DNA of 63,032 nucleotides, filler included. It is 3 parts of 3 records of this genome, joined end to end, with 100 filler letters (N's around TTAATTAATTAA, not from the genome) between each part and the next. Parts side by side here need not be neighbours in the genome. Positions count along the whole stretch, not along the records: positions 1 to 28,766 come from DRR378314_682; 2 more parts are not named here. One strand, 5' to 3'. Below, in pieces: positions 1 through 12,897 of this stretch. The translations under genes were made by a program, and so were the position numbers. Under the pieces are notes generated by a model. The model worked only from the letters and a program-made list of their open reading frames with translations, had not been told where the DNA came from and did not search any database. Every line of letters begins with the position of its first letter. Within the stretch, counting starts at the first letter, position 1.

Positions 1-24
1 TCTCTCTCTCTCTCTCTCTCTCTC
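1..24. repeat. (TC)n microsatellite at contig end, within an intron pyrimidine tract
   Basis: TC dinucleotide run, followed by a CAG acceptor at 43-45. Confidence 0.9.
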
Positions 25-45
25 CCTCCTCCCCCGCTCGGCCAG

Positions 46-3000
46 GGAACCAGATTGTACCTTGATGGAAGCCGTTTGCTTTCCGTTGGCGCGCGGATGC
101 AACGAGGGCAGGGAGCTGTAAGAGCGTGTGACAGCAGAGTGGCCGCTGCCGACACTACCGCCACCGTATTCTGTTCTTATACTTTTACGCTAGCTTGCTC
201 GAATTCCTGTGTTTGCGGCTGTAAAAGTTGGGCTCTACGCTGCTTCCTGTAGAGCTGCGCGCTACCTTTGGTTTCTGCACATTCGTTGCAAGGTTGTATT
301 TTTTCCTCAAGCTCGTTCCCTACTCTACACGAGTGACAATTTCGCAGTATTGGCATGGGCTACGCGATGTTTGCTCCGTATAGTTACCAGGGATCCCCTC
401 GTGTGAGATGACCTCACGCGCTGCGACGCACTCCGTCGCCTCTGTGTACTGATGCAGAGGAGCTCCGGTGCTGAAGACGTTCAAAATCGCGCTGCGAAGG
501 CAAAATGCTCACGCAATGCTGAATGCTGCTCTTTTCGCACGCATATGTGATGATGAGCGCTTCGGAGACGATATTCGCCTGGTCTTTGGTGGCGTCGGCG
601 CGTTTGCGGTTCGCGCTCGTCGCGCCGAGGAAGCGCTGAGGAATACGCGGCGCGGCGATCCAGCTGCCGCGCGCGCAGCGCTGCGCGCGCTCGCGGCAGA
701 GCTTCCCCGTCACGCGACAGTCGATGCAGACGGCCGCGTACCTGTGCATGCACACAGCTCCTACGCAGCAACCGTCGCTCCGGGTGTATTGTTCAAGTTC
801 CTGCTTGCCATGCAGCGCGGCGGTCCGCTGCCGTGCGACGAAGCGGCGGCGCGCATGCGGCTCCCGCGCGAGCTCTCTCACGGAACCCAGCGGTATGCGG
901 ACGGCCCGGCTGCCGAAGCTCCCGTCGGCCGCCCGGTTCCCAAATTGGCAGCGCTCGCACAGGCGCGTGGCGAAGCAGTGTATACCAATGATCCGTCTCC
1001 GCCTGCTGGGTGCTTGTTCGGAGCCTATGTCGCAGCGCCGTGCGCGCCTGCAGTTCTGGACGGGTGCAGTGCTGACGAGGCGCTGCGCTGCACACCTGGC
1101 GCAGTTGCATTTGTCGACGCGGCGGCGCTTGCGGCAGCGCAGTGCAAGAATGCCCTGAGTGCCGACGAGGAGCTTCTTGTGTCGCGAACTATTCAATTCG
1201 CTGGTCAGGCGGTAGGGATCGTACTTGCTACCACGCAGGACGCAGCAGATGCTGCGGCGCGGCGCGTTGTCGTGCACGCGCGGCAAACTGGCGCGCCGGT
1301 GCTCGACACGCTCGACGCGGCGCGACGCGGAGACATCTACGCCGGCTCACAGGCAACGCGCTCGCGCGGGACTGCCAGAGCGTGTCACGCTTCCACTGAA
1401 GAAGCGTCGTCAGACACCGTGCGCGTTCACGGCACCGCTCGCACTGGACATCAGTACCATTTTTTCATGGAAACGCATGCGTGCACTGTCGTGCCGGTGG
1501 AGGGCGGCCGATTGTGGGAAGTGTGTTCTTCCACACAGTATCCGCTCATGGTGCAGCAGACAGTTGCAGGCGTTCTCGGCGCTCCGCTACAGGCCGTTCG
1601 CGTACGAACGGAGCGCGTTGGCGGAGGCTTCGGTGGAAAGCTCACGCGCGCCGCCGCGATTGCTGCGGCGTGCGCCGCGTGCTCGGCCGTAGCAGGCGCG
1701 CCAGTCAGAATATCGCTCCCAATCAGCGCTGCGATGCGGCTCGTCGGTGGTCGTGCTGCGTACGCCCTTGAATACGACCTTTCCATTACGCGCGACGGGA
1801 GAATTTCCTCTGCGGATCTCTCGCTCTGGTACAACCAGGGCGCGTGTTCGGACCTTGGAGGGGTAGACTGCGGCGCTGCGCTGGACGCGATTGATAACTG
1901 CTATGCGATTCCACGCATGCAGGTACGCGGCGCGTGCGTGCGCACGCAGTGCGCGCCTGCAACGGCGATGCGCGGCCCGGGCTTCGTCGAGGCCATTGCG
2001 CTTATGGAAACGGCGGTCGAGCACGCCGCGCGCGTCATCGGCCTATCACCCGAGGAGGTGCGCGAGCGAAATTTCTATCGACCGGGAGACACGGCGCTCT
2101 GCGGCCAGCGCATGCCGTACGCAAACGTGCGCGAGCTGTGGGCGCAGCTCCGCAGCGCAGCCGGATGGGAAGCGCGCGTTGCCGCCGCTGCGGCTGACAA
2201 CCGCGCGAATCGCTTCGTAAAGCGCGGGCTTGCAATGGTGCCCATCAAGTACCTGCTGCCGTGGGCGGGTGTGAATTACAATGCGCTCGTCAACATCTAC
2301 ACCGATGGGAGCGTGCGCATTCTGCATTCAGGGATTGAGATAGGGCAGGTGCGTTCTCGGTGTGCGCGCTGATCACTCGTGCGGGTTGCCGGTCTGCGGT
2401 GCCCGGAAGCTCGACTGCTTGCGATTGGTTATCTTGTGCACAGGCGCCCTGAAATGCGCAGAGAAAGTCTCGATTTCAATCACATGACAGCCATCCTGCC
2501 CCCGTTGATCTACTTTGGCGCTTTGTGCAGGGCATTGACACAAAAGTGGCGCAAGTTGCTGCGGATACGCTGGGCGTTCCGCTCGCAGCGGTGTCGGTGG
2601 GTCGCACGACCACGGACACCGCCGTCAACACACAGGCCACCGGCGGATCGATTGCCTCGGAGCTGAATTCCCGGGCCGTGAAAGCCGCTTGCAAGGACGT
2701 GCTTGGACGCATTGATCCCATTCGTAAACTTGCCACGCCTGGGGCATCGTGGAGTGAAGTCATTGCCAAGTGCGCGGCGGCCGGGGTGGACTTGCAAGGT
2801 CGCGGGTACTCGTACGGTGCGTTGGAGCGCGTCGCCGCGCGTGCCGGACCGCGGGCGCAGAGGTCGCGCGCGGACGCGCAAGCTGTTCAAGCGCCCAAGA
2901 ATGCTGCGTGCAAGGGATTCCGTTGGAGCGGACGAGCGCCTATGCTAACGTTACCACACATGTATGAAAGATCTTTGGCGTGCATGCGACTAATTTTCTT

Positions 3001-3948
3001 CGGTCTGGCGCGTGTTTCCTCGTGCGCGTGCGGAAACAATCGCCTCTCGTCGCATCCGTTTGTGCTGCGCAGCGAGTTCGTCTCCCGAGGGACCGTACCA
3101 GTACACTTCCTTCGGCGTCGCTGTATGTGAAGCTACTGTAGATGGTCTGACCGGAGAATGGCAGATTAACCGTGCGGACATTCTGTTAGATTGCGGGGAC
3201 TCCCTCAACCCGATGATCGACATTGGGCAGTGCGAGGGTGGATTCGTCCAAGGAATGGGGTGCGTTCTTCCTGGCACAATGGCTCTGCTTGCTCGGTCGC
3301 CGGGCCATTTGCGAGCAGAATGACCTATCGCGCGCATTTTGTCACCACGTGCTGCACCCGACGAACAACGCAAACGCTTGATTGTGTGAAACCTTGTTCT
3401 TTTTTCCTTTGTGCAGTTTGTTTCTCTCGGAACAATTCCGTTACAACGGCGTGACTGGCGACCTTCTGACTGCCGGGACGTGGGAATACAAGCCTCCGTG
3501 CTCGCAAGACATTCCCGCTGTTCTCAATGTATCGCTCGTGCAGAATCATCCAAATCCATTGGGTTTCATGCGTTCAAAGGTGCGTCGTGCCTTGCCGTAC
3601 CGAATCTCCGACGGTGCATGTGTGGAGGCTTGCGAGCGTTGACATCTCCGGGGGCGCACGAGCGTGGTGGCGTGCTTGCAGGGAAAGTCCCAACTCCTTT
3701 TGCGGACCGTCCTGTATTGTTTGCCTTTTCGGAATCCGTAGGCTTCCGGAGAGCCTCCGTATGCTCTCTCGTGCGCTGCAATGTTTGCAGTGCAGAGGGC
3801 TGTTGACGCCGTTCGCGCCGAGGTTGGCCTGCACTCTCCGCGCTTGCTCAGCGCGCCTGCTACGGTAGACCGCATACGCGATCTCGCAGGAGTCACCGTC
3901 GAGCACATGACGTTTGAGCCTTTGCGCGCTGGGAGTGCGGCTAAGTAG
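46..3948 (+). CDS. Eukaryotic molybdo-flavoenzyme (aldehyde oxidase/xanthine dehydrogenase family), 5'-truncated, multi-exon
   Basis: Exons ~46-117, 458-2348, 2531-2816, 3073-3259, 3417-3579 and 3742-3948, joined in phase by GT-AG introns. Motifs: RQNAHA, HQYHFFMETH, GGGFGGK, HSGIEIGQ|GIDTKVAQ, DIGQCEGGFVQG, TWEYKPP, SK|ASGEPP. Confidence 0.9.
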
Positions 3949-4229
3949 CCGGTTGGCATGATGCGGCTTAAAATGGCAGAATCGCTCGCTTAGGCGACAG
4001 TCTGCCGGCCGCCAGTGGAGTGCCTGTGTTGGTGATGGCGTTGAACACGCCCCAACCGTGGGAATACAGTGGTCCAGTTGTCCGAGCAGCGCCGCGTACT
4101 TGGGCAATTTTCCAAGAATCACCACAAGGTTATCACGGATTACATTTCCGGGGTATTTCAAAGAACGGATCCCGCTCTGCAGCCAACGAGCGCCCGCTGC
4201 GCCGCGCCGGCCTCGCGTAGGACGCCGCG

Positions 4230-6198
4230 ATGTCGGTTCCAGAGGGCGACGACACTATCCAGCTTTTCCTGCATGTTGGTGGTGATGCGTCAGATAGGCC
4301 CGGGCGCTGGCTGCTCCGACGCTGCGCACGGGCAGTCGAGAGTGTGCAGCGCGTAGCGCACACGTCGCTGCTGAAGTTGAATTACTGTAGCGTGAGTTGC
4401 TTCAGGAGGGAGCGCGCACGCGCGCGCGCGCGCGCCTCTGCACTTTCAAACAATCTGCTGTTGCGCGCTTATGATTGATTGTTGAACTATGGAACGCATT
4501 TCTGTGCATGTTCTGATTGATTTTTATACGTGCGGACGCTGCATGTTGCGAGCAGTCACCGTGGGAGAGCGCTGCTCGGGCTGCGAGTGCTCACCGCGGT
4601 GGTCGTCGGGTGTTTGGCAGCGGCTTCACGCACAGCAGCTGCATGCCTGCCGCTGCAACCGCTGCACACGTGCTTGTTCCACATGCTGGTCGCAGCTGTT
4701 GCCTGGGAGCTGAAGGGTTCGCACGTATGCAATACTGCGATGAATCGTTTACATATGTTGCAGATCTCGGAGCCGTTTTCGAATGTGCTATTATTCACCG
4801 AGGACGGGTCCCCTTGCTTGAGCTTGGACAGTGTGCGAGAACGATCCCGCCTTGTCGTGAGCGGGAACGACGGCGCGTTTCCAGAAACTGGTACGACCGC
4901 GCTTTAGCCAACGGGCGAATTCACCAGCCTTTTTTTCCCCTTTCCTGCTCACTCGTACACGAACACGAGAGAAAGACAGAGTCGTTGATTTCTCCCTGCT
5001 CTGTTGTGGCGTGCGGCGTGCGATGTGCGTGTGCACGCGTGCTGCAGTTGCGCCGTACCAGGACCTTGTCAGCGCAAGTGGGCAGAAAGAGCGGCAGCGG
5101 CGCGTGCTGCACAGTCGCTGCCGCAGCTCGCTCGACCGCTTGGAGCGGCTGCGCGACCCGTCTTTTCGCACGGGGCGCACTGGCAAGGTACGCTGCCAAA
5201 CGGAACAACGATTGTATGGCAAAAATACGTGCCACCCTTTCATGTTTGTGCCGACTACGTGGGCGCTTATCCACTCGCCGAAGCTGCAGCCCATCTAGCG
5301 CGGTTGGCGCGCTCCCTGACATCTCCGTATATGGCTCCGTTTGTGCATGCTGCTTTGCCTGCAGTGGCAGAACCGGGTGCTGTTATGGTCGTATGAACAG
5401 GATCCAGATATTGTTCGCGCCTTTCCCAAGGTATGTCTTACATCTGGCGAGTTCCTTTCCTCGCACTTCGTTCGATTTGTTGTACGAGCGCATCGCGTTG
5501 CAGCGGCAACGTTTTCACAAGTTGTACAAGCTGCGCGCACGCCTTGCACTGTGTGCTGCTTGCATTTCGTTTCGCTCTCCGCGCTTGCGGTGGGCATTGG
5601 TGATCACGCAAAGCTCTCTCGATCCCTATGTAGGTGTCTGATTGGGTACACGAGGCAGTACGTCGGTATCGCGCGGCCAAGGCAGCGGGTGCGGTGGGGC
5701 CCACGGCTCTGCCGGCGCCCGTTCCGCACGATCCGGCGTTGGGGAGGCCGACGACGGCGGATTCCCAAGACGCGAGCATTGCGCGCGCTGTTGAAGCCGC
5801 CGCCGTGGAAGCAACGACGGGCGCCATAGGTAGGCCCTACAATCATTCCGCTTTGGCTTTTCTTCTTGCACGAAGAAGCGATAGGAGTTGCAACGTAATG
5901 AGCCAGCGTCAGTGTGAGAGCTGGTCCAGTTTGCGTGTAGTGTTTCCTTGGGAACACAGTTGCGCACAGGCTCGCATATCCCACGGAGCCTTTTCAAGCG
6001 TGCATATAACGAACCGTCTGTTGTTTTTTTTCCTATGCGCGGTGTAAATGCCCCGCGATGACTCTAATCATGTTTTTAACCCAGCGGTGCACTGTTTGTT
6101 GCCTTTAAATGCACTGCGAAGCCGCTGCCGCAGGAGAAGCAGCGAGATCCGCAGCGGAGAAACTTGCCGAGCAGTTCCCGGTGTCGCGAGAGGCTTAG
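4230..6198 (+). CDS. Hypothetical 6-exon protein with a possible DCX/ubiquitin-like N-terminal domain
   Basis: Phase-consistent GT-AG model: MSVPEGDDTIQLFLHV..KLNYCS|ISEPFSNVLLFTEDG..RLVVSGNDGAFPET|VAPYQD..TGK|WQNRVLLWSYEQDPDIVRAFPK|VSDWVHEAV..|..KLAEQFPVSREA*. Confidence 0.55.
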
Positions 6199-6404
6199 TG
6201 TACCATAGTGTAGCACAGCACCTTCCTCTGTATTTTCTACACCCGAGCTGTACATTGCTGCTTCATGTGTTTTATTTTTTGTGACGCGTAACGCAGTGCT
6301 CGCGTCTGAAGCATTCGCGGAAAAGAGAAGGTAATAAAACTACATCCGACACCGATCGCAATGGATACGGGGAAGAACCCCCCGTACCCACTAAAAGCAC
6401 CACG

Positions 6405-8995
6405 TCAAACCCGAGTATCTGCGCGCCGGGATTCCGAGAGCGCGTCCTTGACATGCTTCAATGCAGCTCCGCGCAGCGTATAGCCGCCCCAGAGCACGAA
6501 CTGCACTGCGGCGCTGACGAGTGGCACCAGACCCATTGTGTTGAACAGCAGGGCGGGCGCTTTGGCACCGCTTGTATCCGATGGGACCCCGTTCGAGCGG
6601 CGCGCGCCCACACGATCCAAAACCGCCCATCCGAGTATGGGCGCGAGGGACTGCGCTGGTTTGGTGAGAAGCGCGTTGACGCCGCTGATTGCCGCCGCTA
6701 CCGACTCTTGCCTGCACGGGAGGCACCAAGGACACGCGCAAGCACGCACCGCAGCGCGCATCATGAAGGGTTCCAGTCTCTGAGCAAAGCAGGAAAACAC
6801 AGCCGCATGCCGGGAGAATCGCTTTTCTATTCTTGCATACGTGATACTTGGATACGTTGGTGAGGCTATAGACGACGAGGACACTTACGAGTAAACAACC
6901 GTAGCTGCCTGTGCAACAGCGCCAGCCCCTCCAGCGTACGCTCGCAAGCAGCCAAGATTAGCATAGCTCCAGCACGGACACGTACGACAAAGCATACCTC
7001 TTGTTCACTACAGTGTCTTCGTCAATTACATCCATCAGCGCAAGATTACCAATTCGGCAGTGACATTCAGTAAGGATTCGGTTCATCACTAGGAAGAGCG
7101 ATACGACGGTTGCGCCGCTCGTTCCGACCCCCGTGCCCGAGGGAGACACGAGAAGGAATAGGGCTGCGGCATTGAGAAACTTGAGAGCGAGCAGCCCACG
7201 AATCACTGAATAACAGCCTGCAACAGCAACTATCGCCGCGACTACAGCTGCTAAAAAGTGGGGGAGAATGAACGCGCCGATGTACATGGCAAGCGACTGG
7301 GACGTGCCGCCCTGATCGTCCGATGCTGGCGCGTCGGAGCCACGGAATGACGATGTGGACGTGACAAACGATCCGGTCATTATGCTGAAAAAGTTGGTGT
7401 TGAATGTACAGTTAAACTGCTGGATAAACATAACCGCTGCAAATATGGCGAAATTTCGGTGACGGAAGATGTCTCGAAGAAACGCGCGGACTTTTACCCA
7501 TTGCGCCGCCAGCGCACGCTGCGCAGCAGCGGCAGCGGAGAGCGAAGCCTCGTCCTCGTTGTGTGCGGTGAGAGCGCCAATACGTGACGTCGCGTAAAAT
7601 CCTGTCGCAGCAGCTAATGCGGCAAAGCAAATAAATATACGAAAACTCTGTAAATCCTGTGGATCCCAGAGGGCAAAACCCAGCACTGCCACGCTGCTTC
7701 CGACCACACCAGCGAGAGAGTTGCACACACTACATAGCGAGCGCTGCTGCACCGAAGTCGTCATGTCCGCCAGCAGTGCATTGTGCGCCAGCAGCACAAG
7801 AGTCAGCCCCGAATCATACAGATTCACCGAAATCATAAAGTGAACTGCCGTCAAAAATGGCGACATCTAAAATAGCAATGTCAGCAGCGCAGAAAGGGGA
7901 TGCAGAAGAGAAAGCGAGCATCAGAAGGCTGCATCTTGAGGCAGCAAAAGCTTCCAACGGTGGGCGCATCCAGCGCGCGCCGCGCGTCCAAGCGTGTCCA
8001 TCTCTGTGGCCAACACGTGTCTTTCGATCGCCGCATGCAAGTCTTCAAGCTCGACACAAAAGGGCAGAATACAAGCAAAATAGAAAACCTTCTGACTGAA
8101 CTCCAATCTCTACAAAACGCCTCGTTGTGAAGGTTCTGCGCGCTCGCAATGTCCAGTGGAGCCAGCGCCTCGTACCTCGGCGCCGGACAGTGTCCACGGG
8201 AACCACAACACGAAAAAGGAGAGCACCCACCCCATTCCGCCCCAGAGGATGCATTTGCTTCGCCAGGCTAGAATATGGCCACGTTTTGCACCGGAGAAGT
8301 CTTGGAAAAATGCAAACAGCGGATCGTTCAGGGCATTCCACGCAAGATACACAACCTGGCCGGAATACCAGCGCGCGAAGGGCACGAAGAGACGCAGCGA
8401 GGGGTAAGACACGTTGCTTCGGCAGCACGGAAATTGCGTACGTGCGTGCACGGCGCGCGACGCCACCCGTTCCGGGGCCAAGCCTCTGCTCACCTGCCCG
8501 ACGTAGAACCACCAGGACTCCAAATGAAACACCTTGAGATAAAGTTCGACGTAGTACATAATAAATAGTGAGTTGATTAGCGCAGCCGAAGCGCCAGCGG
8601 CAGCATATGCGAAAGCCTGGCGACGGTGTGCGGGAGGAGCTCGCGCCAGCTGGTGCACGGGACTTGCGGCGACCACCGCACCTGCGCAGTACGCCGGCAA
8701 ACAGAAATGCACGGACATCCAAAGAACGTTCGAACAAAGTCAGAGACGAGCGTCCATATTATTGTGCCATCTGGATAGTACTGGACACGACAGAGCCGCT
8801 CTTTGCTATCGCGGGCTCCCGTTTCGCGTCGCACCAGCGCTTCTCCGGGGACTAGCAGCTCAAACGTGCAACGTGAGAGCAACAAAACACGTGCGAGTTC
8901 GCACGCTCGCTCTGTATGCGCGAGCACTGTTCGCTACAGAGGCTCCAATGCAACGTACGCTTCACTTCAACCCATGTCCACTGGCTTGTCGACAT
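6405..8995 (-). CDS. MFS transporter, MFSD13A/TMEM180-like, multi-exon
   Basis: SLFIMYYVELYLKVF..FYVGQ|VVYLAWNALNDPLF, LYDSGLTLVLLAHNALLAD, QQFNCTFNTNFF, NALLTKPAQSLAPILG. Start inferred at cgccATG 8995 (37-nt phase-1 first exon). Confidence 0.8.
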
Positions 8996-9812
8996 GGCGC
9001 AGCTCCCGGACAAAGCCTTCCGCGTGAGGGAATGCAAGCAACGCCGTGAAGACACAGGCTGCCGCTTCTGCCGCTTCTACAGCTTCTGCCGTGTAGTCCA
9101 GCGAGGATGCACGCGAACAGTCCAGTGCCGGCGTGTTCTTGCCACGCCGCCACAAGCGCAAGCGCACACTCGACAAGAGGGAATGAAGCCCCGCGTAGAT
9201 GCTTCTGCTAGATTTTCTCCTCCTTGTGGAGCTGCAGTACGCGCCCGACAAGTGCTGCGGGCGTCGCAGGTCTCGCTGTCCTCGCAGCGGGCGGCAGGCT
9301 ACGAGCAAACTGGCCTCTGTCGGCTCCCCCTCCACGCTCACCCTAGCATCCCAAGACGATGCGCGAGCGCAGCCGCAGCGCCATGCGAAACTGTCACAGC
9401 GGCAGCGTCTTGCTTCTTCGCGAGTCGTTCCTGGTTCTTTCGCGGCACCGTCGCGTGACGTCGCTTCCCGCCTGCAGGTCGTCTTTCGTCGCTGCGGCCG
9501 CACTCTTCATGTACGCTGCTGTGCGATCGGCGAGAAGTATTCTCCGTGCCATAATGTTCACACAAACAAAATCACGGCCTCCCGTATTGATAGTGTTAGA
9601 GTAGGGTGTGTATTCGGAGAGTTGCTGGTTTTTGTTTTTCGCGTAGTGGCGGCCGTATTGGCGAGCAGGTGCACGGAGCTACACGGTGCTAGATTGCATA
9701 GTGCGTCCCGCAGCTCCTTTTTGGCTCGCGCGCAACTGCGAGCTCCTGCGGTGCTCCCACCGAGAAAGCCAATGCCCAGAGGTTGTTTTGCGTAAAGCTG
9801 CAATGCGCTGAT

Positions 9813-9835
9813 TATATATATATATATATATATAT
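9813..9835. repeat. (TA)n microsatellite in a divergent intergenic region
   Basis: TA run between the MFS and RING gene starts. Confidence 0.9.
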
Positions 9836-10162
9836 TGATCCTCGTTATTGTTGCGGAATACCGCGATTATTATTTCCTGCGGGACGGAGGCGCCAAAGAT
9901 GGGAACAGTTGTTCTCGTTGGTCGCCGCTGCTTGCTCCCGCGGGCACGGGCTGCTCCTATTGTCAGCGGCAGGCGTTCGGTGCAGTCGCAAGTGTGTGCG
10001 AGCGCGCTGCCGTGCAGTTCTCTCCTTTTTTCTCACGTGCGGACCGTTCTGTCGCTGTCACTTTGCGGACCGTTTGTTTTACGCATAATATTGACTTGCT
10101 AATAGTGGCATCTTTCCCGACCGGTACTTCGAGATTGAGAGAGTGGAGTGTTCGCTGTCGCC

Positions 10163-12151
10163 ATGTGGTACCGCTGCCACGCGTGCGACCACCAGTACGA
10201 GCAGCCCGAAGGAAACGACCTTGTCTGCACAGCTTGCGGAAGCGAGTTTGTGGAGGAGACCGAAGCGCCAACCGTGCTACCAGGGACGAGACCGCCACCT
10301 GCTGCGGACCCACAGGCTTCATTGGCATTTGCAGTCAATCTTCTTCAGGTAAGCGCCCATCGCAGCGTTGGACATATTTGCCGCACTACGGAGTGGGTGA
10401 ATCTTCCCGCTCACTGCACAGCTGCCTTGTGCGCCGCGCACACTTTTTCGCTCCTGCCACGACAAGCGCTCCGCAGAGCCAAGCGCGGGGAGGGCAGAGA
10501 CGGCATGCATCCTTTCGTTATTGTTGGTTTTCTTTTGTAATAAGAAACCCATTCGAGTGCTTTGCTTGACAAAGTGATGGGCGTCTTGTTTTGTGCGTGC
10601 GGTGCGACGCGCCCTCGCGTGTGCTGGACCACCGCGCTGTACGCCACGCTTGCAGACCGTTCTGCAGCCGCAGGCGCCGCCGCAGCCCCAGCAGCAGCGA
10701 TCAAGTGCTGACGGTAGTGCAGAGCAGGAACGGGCTCCGCAAACGAATATAGAGCGCATTGCGCAGCTTCTTCGCGGGACACGCATAGTGGGCGGCGAGG
10801 GAAATCAGGATGGCGAGCAGGATGCTAATGCCGGTAACGTCGGTGCGGGACCTGGAGCGAACGGAAACGGCAACGTACGGTATGTGGCGCTCTCGGGAGG
10901 TCGGCGATTTGCTCGTCCAGTTCACAAATGCTCCTCGCGCCGTACCAATTGTCACCAGCGTGTACGTATATGTTGCCTGCAGAGAAATTAACTTTCCCCA
11001 TGGACGTGTGACCGTACTGATCTCTGCCTAACCGGTGCTTGCGTAGGATAAATTCTCTGTTCAATTTGCTGCCCCTGTTGCTTGGCGTGCAACCGGGCCA
11101 GCTCGGAGATTTTGTGACAAGCGAAGATCAATTCAATGAAGTTCTTGAGCGAATGATGGAAGAAGCCTCCGGGTATGTTGCAACCATCTGTATTACGGCG
11201 GTCCCCGCGGTAGGTCTGTACTCGTTCGTGCTGTCCGGAATCATAGCGCACGAAACGCGCCTGCGGTGAGCTCACATTGTGCAACGATCCTTTCCCGAGC
11301 GAGTCGCTGGGTGCGCCGTCGCCTGATATCCATGCGGACTTTGCAAACCATATGTTTTCTGCCGCTACAGGCAACGACGCGCGAAGCCGGCAGCCAAGTC
11401 GGCGATCGATAAGCTGCGCAAGTACACGGTCGATCTGTCGAAGAAGGATCCCGATGTATGTCTGGTTGCGTACCGGCCGATTGCTACGCCACACAAGCGA
11501 GTATGCACTTCGTAGCGTGGGTTGGTGATCTGGACGTGGTGCGCAGCGCCTGATCTCCTCTCGATGTCTTACGATCCATGCGTGCGCTCGCTGCAGGCTT
11601 CGTGTTCCGTATGCCAGGACGCCTATTCTGAAAACGACGATCTCATGGACATGCCGTGCGGGCATGATTTCCACGTCGACTGCCTCATGCCGTGGCTCCG
11701 TGAGGTACGCGTGACAGCCCGTGTCGATTGCAACTAAACAATGCCACGCCTAGCATGTGTTGAGCAGCTGCACGAGAAGAACGAAAGTAAGCAGCACTGC
11801 GGTAATCGTGGTGCTCGCTTCGGTTCTCACATGCGCTTTGCGCGCCCGCACTTCTGCAGCACAACACGTGCCCCGTATGCCGCACGGAAGTCGAGCCAGA
11901 AGACTCTAGCACCTCCGCGAACCAGTCGAGCCGCAGACGAGGTGCGTATCCAAGGAAACGTGCATGTCTCGCACTGTAACACGGCCGTTGTGCGGTCGAG
12001 CTCAACCCTATAGCAAAGTGTCTGCGCGAGCTACCTGCGCTGTTCCTGCTTATTTTCCTTCTTGGTGTCTTGCTTTGCCTTTACCATGCTTCCGTTTTCT
12101 GCAGATGGAGGATCCTCTCGCAACGGAGAGCATCAATCGTACTTTTCTTGA
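10163..12151 (+). CDS. RING-H2 E3 ubiquitin ligase with N-terminal zinc ribbon (RNF126/RNF115-like), 7 exons
   Basis: MWYRCHAC..CTACGSEFVEE zinc ribbon; LGDFV..FNEVLERMME; PAAKSAIDKL; CSVCQD..PCGHDFHVDCLMPWLRE|HNTCPVCR; ends HQSYFS*. Confidence 0.88.
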
Positions 12152-12897
12152 GGCACAAATCCTGCATTTGTCACGTATCTCTCACAATTACCGAATGTTG
12201 TTTCATGAGTAATATGAACAATATTTTGCGCCAGATCGCTTCGCAGTGGCTCCCCGCGTGGGGGATTGCGCGAAAACCGCGGACGCTCCGTTTCGTAGCG
12301 ATGCCCTCCCGGCTGTCCGCTGGTGTGGTGTTTGCGGAACAACCGAACCACACTCGCTGCTTTACATGATTCCCATCACATTGCACGGCATTTTAGACAT
12401 TCTATGAATACACTGTTCTATGTTTTGATGTATAACCAGAACCTTGTGCACGGGTCGAGCTGGGAAAGCGCTCTATGTGGTTTTCTGGCGCATTCGCCCA
12501 CTCATGCGAGGTCTCGGCGAGCACGCCGGCGCTCCGCTGCGGTACCCCTCCGGAGCCCTATTTTGATAACCATAGCCGCAAAGCCTCCGGCGCCGCTCCG
12601 TGCGACCCGTCGCCCCGCGCGCAACAAAGCGCGGGCCCATTTCTCGCGCATTGCGAGAGGGACGCGCACGCGTATACCTCAACTCACTCTCTTACACCCT
12701 GACGTATATTGGTGTGTAAGACGCGTGCAGCTGCGGCAGCTTCGCCGCGTTGCATCCCGCCGTATCGAGCACGGTTTGCCAGGCCCTGCGGAGAGCTGTG
12801 CCGAATAGCGCGGCGTCAGCAGTAGCTTTCGCCCGCTGCGAGTACTCAATCTCGCAATTCCCGCGTTGCTTGTCACGCTTCGACCGAGCTCCGCACT

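Noticed and set aside
9000-10160. Additional small gene between the MFS and RING genes
   Set aside because: Short ORFs with no motif or consistent splice model; probably UTR or promoter.
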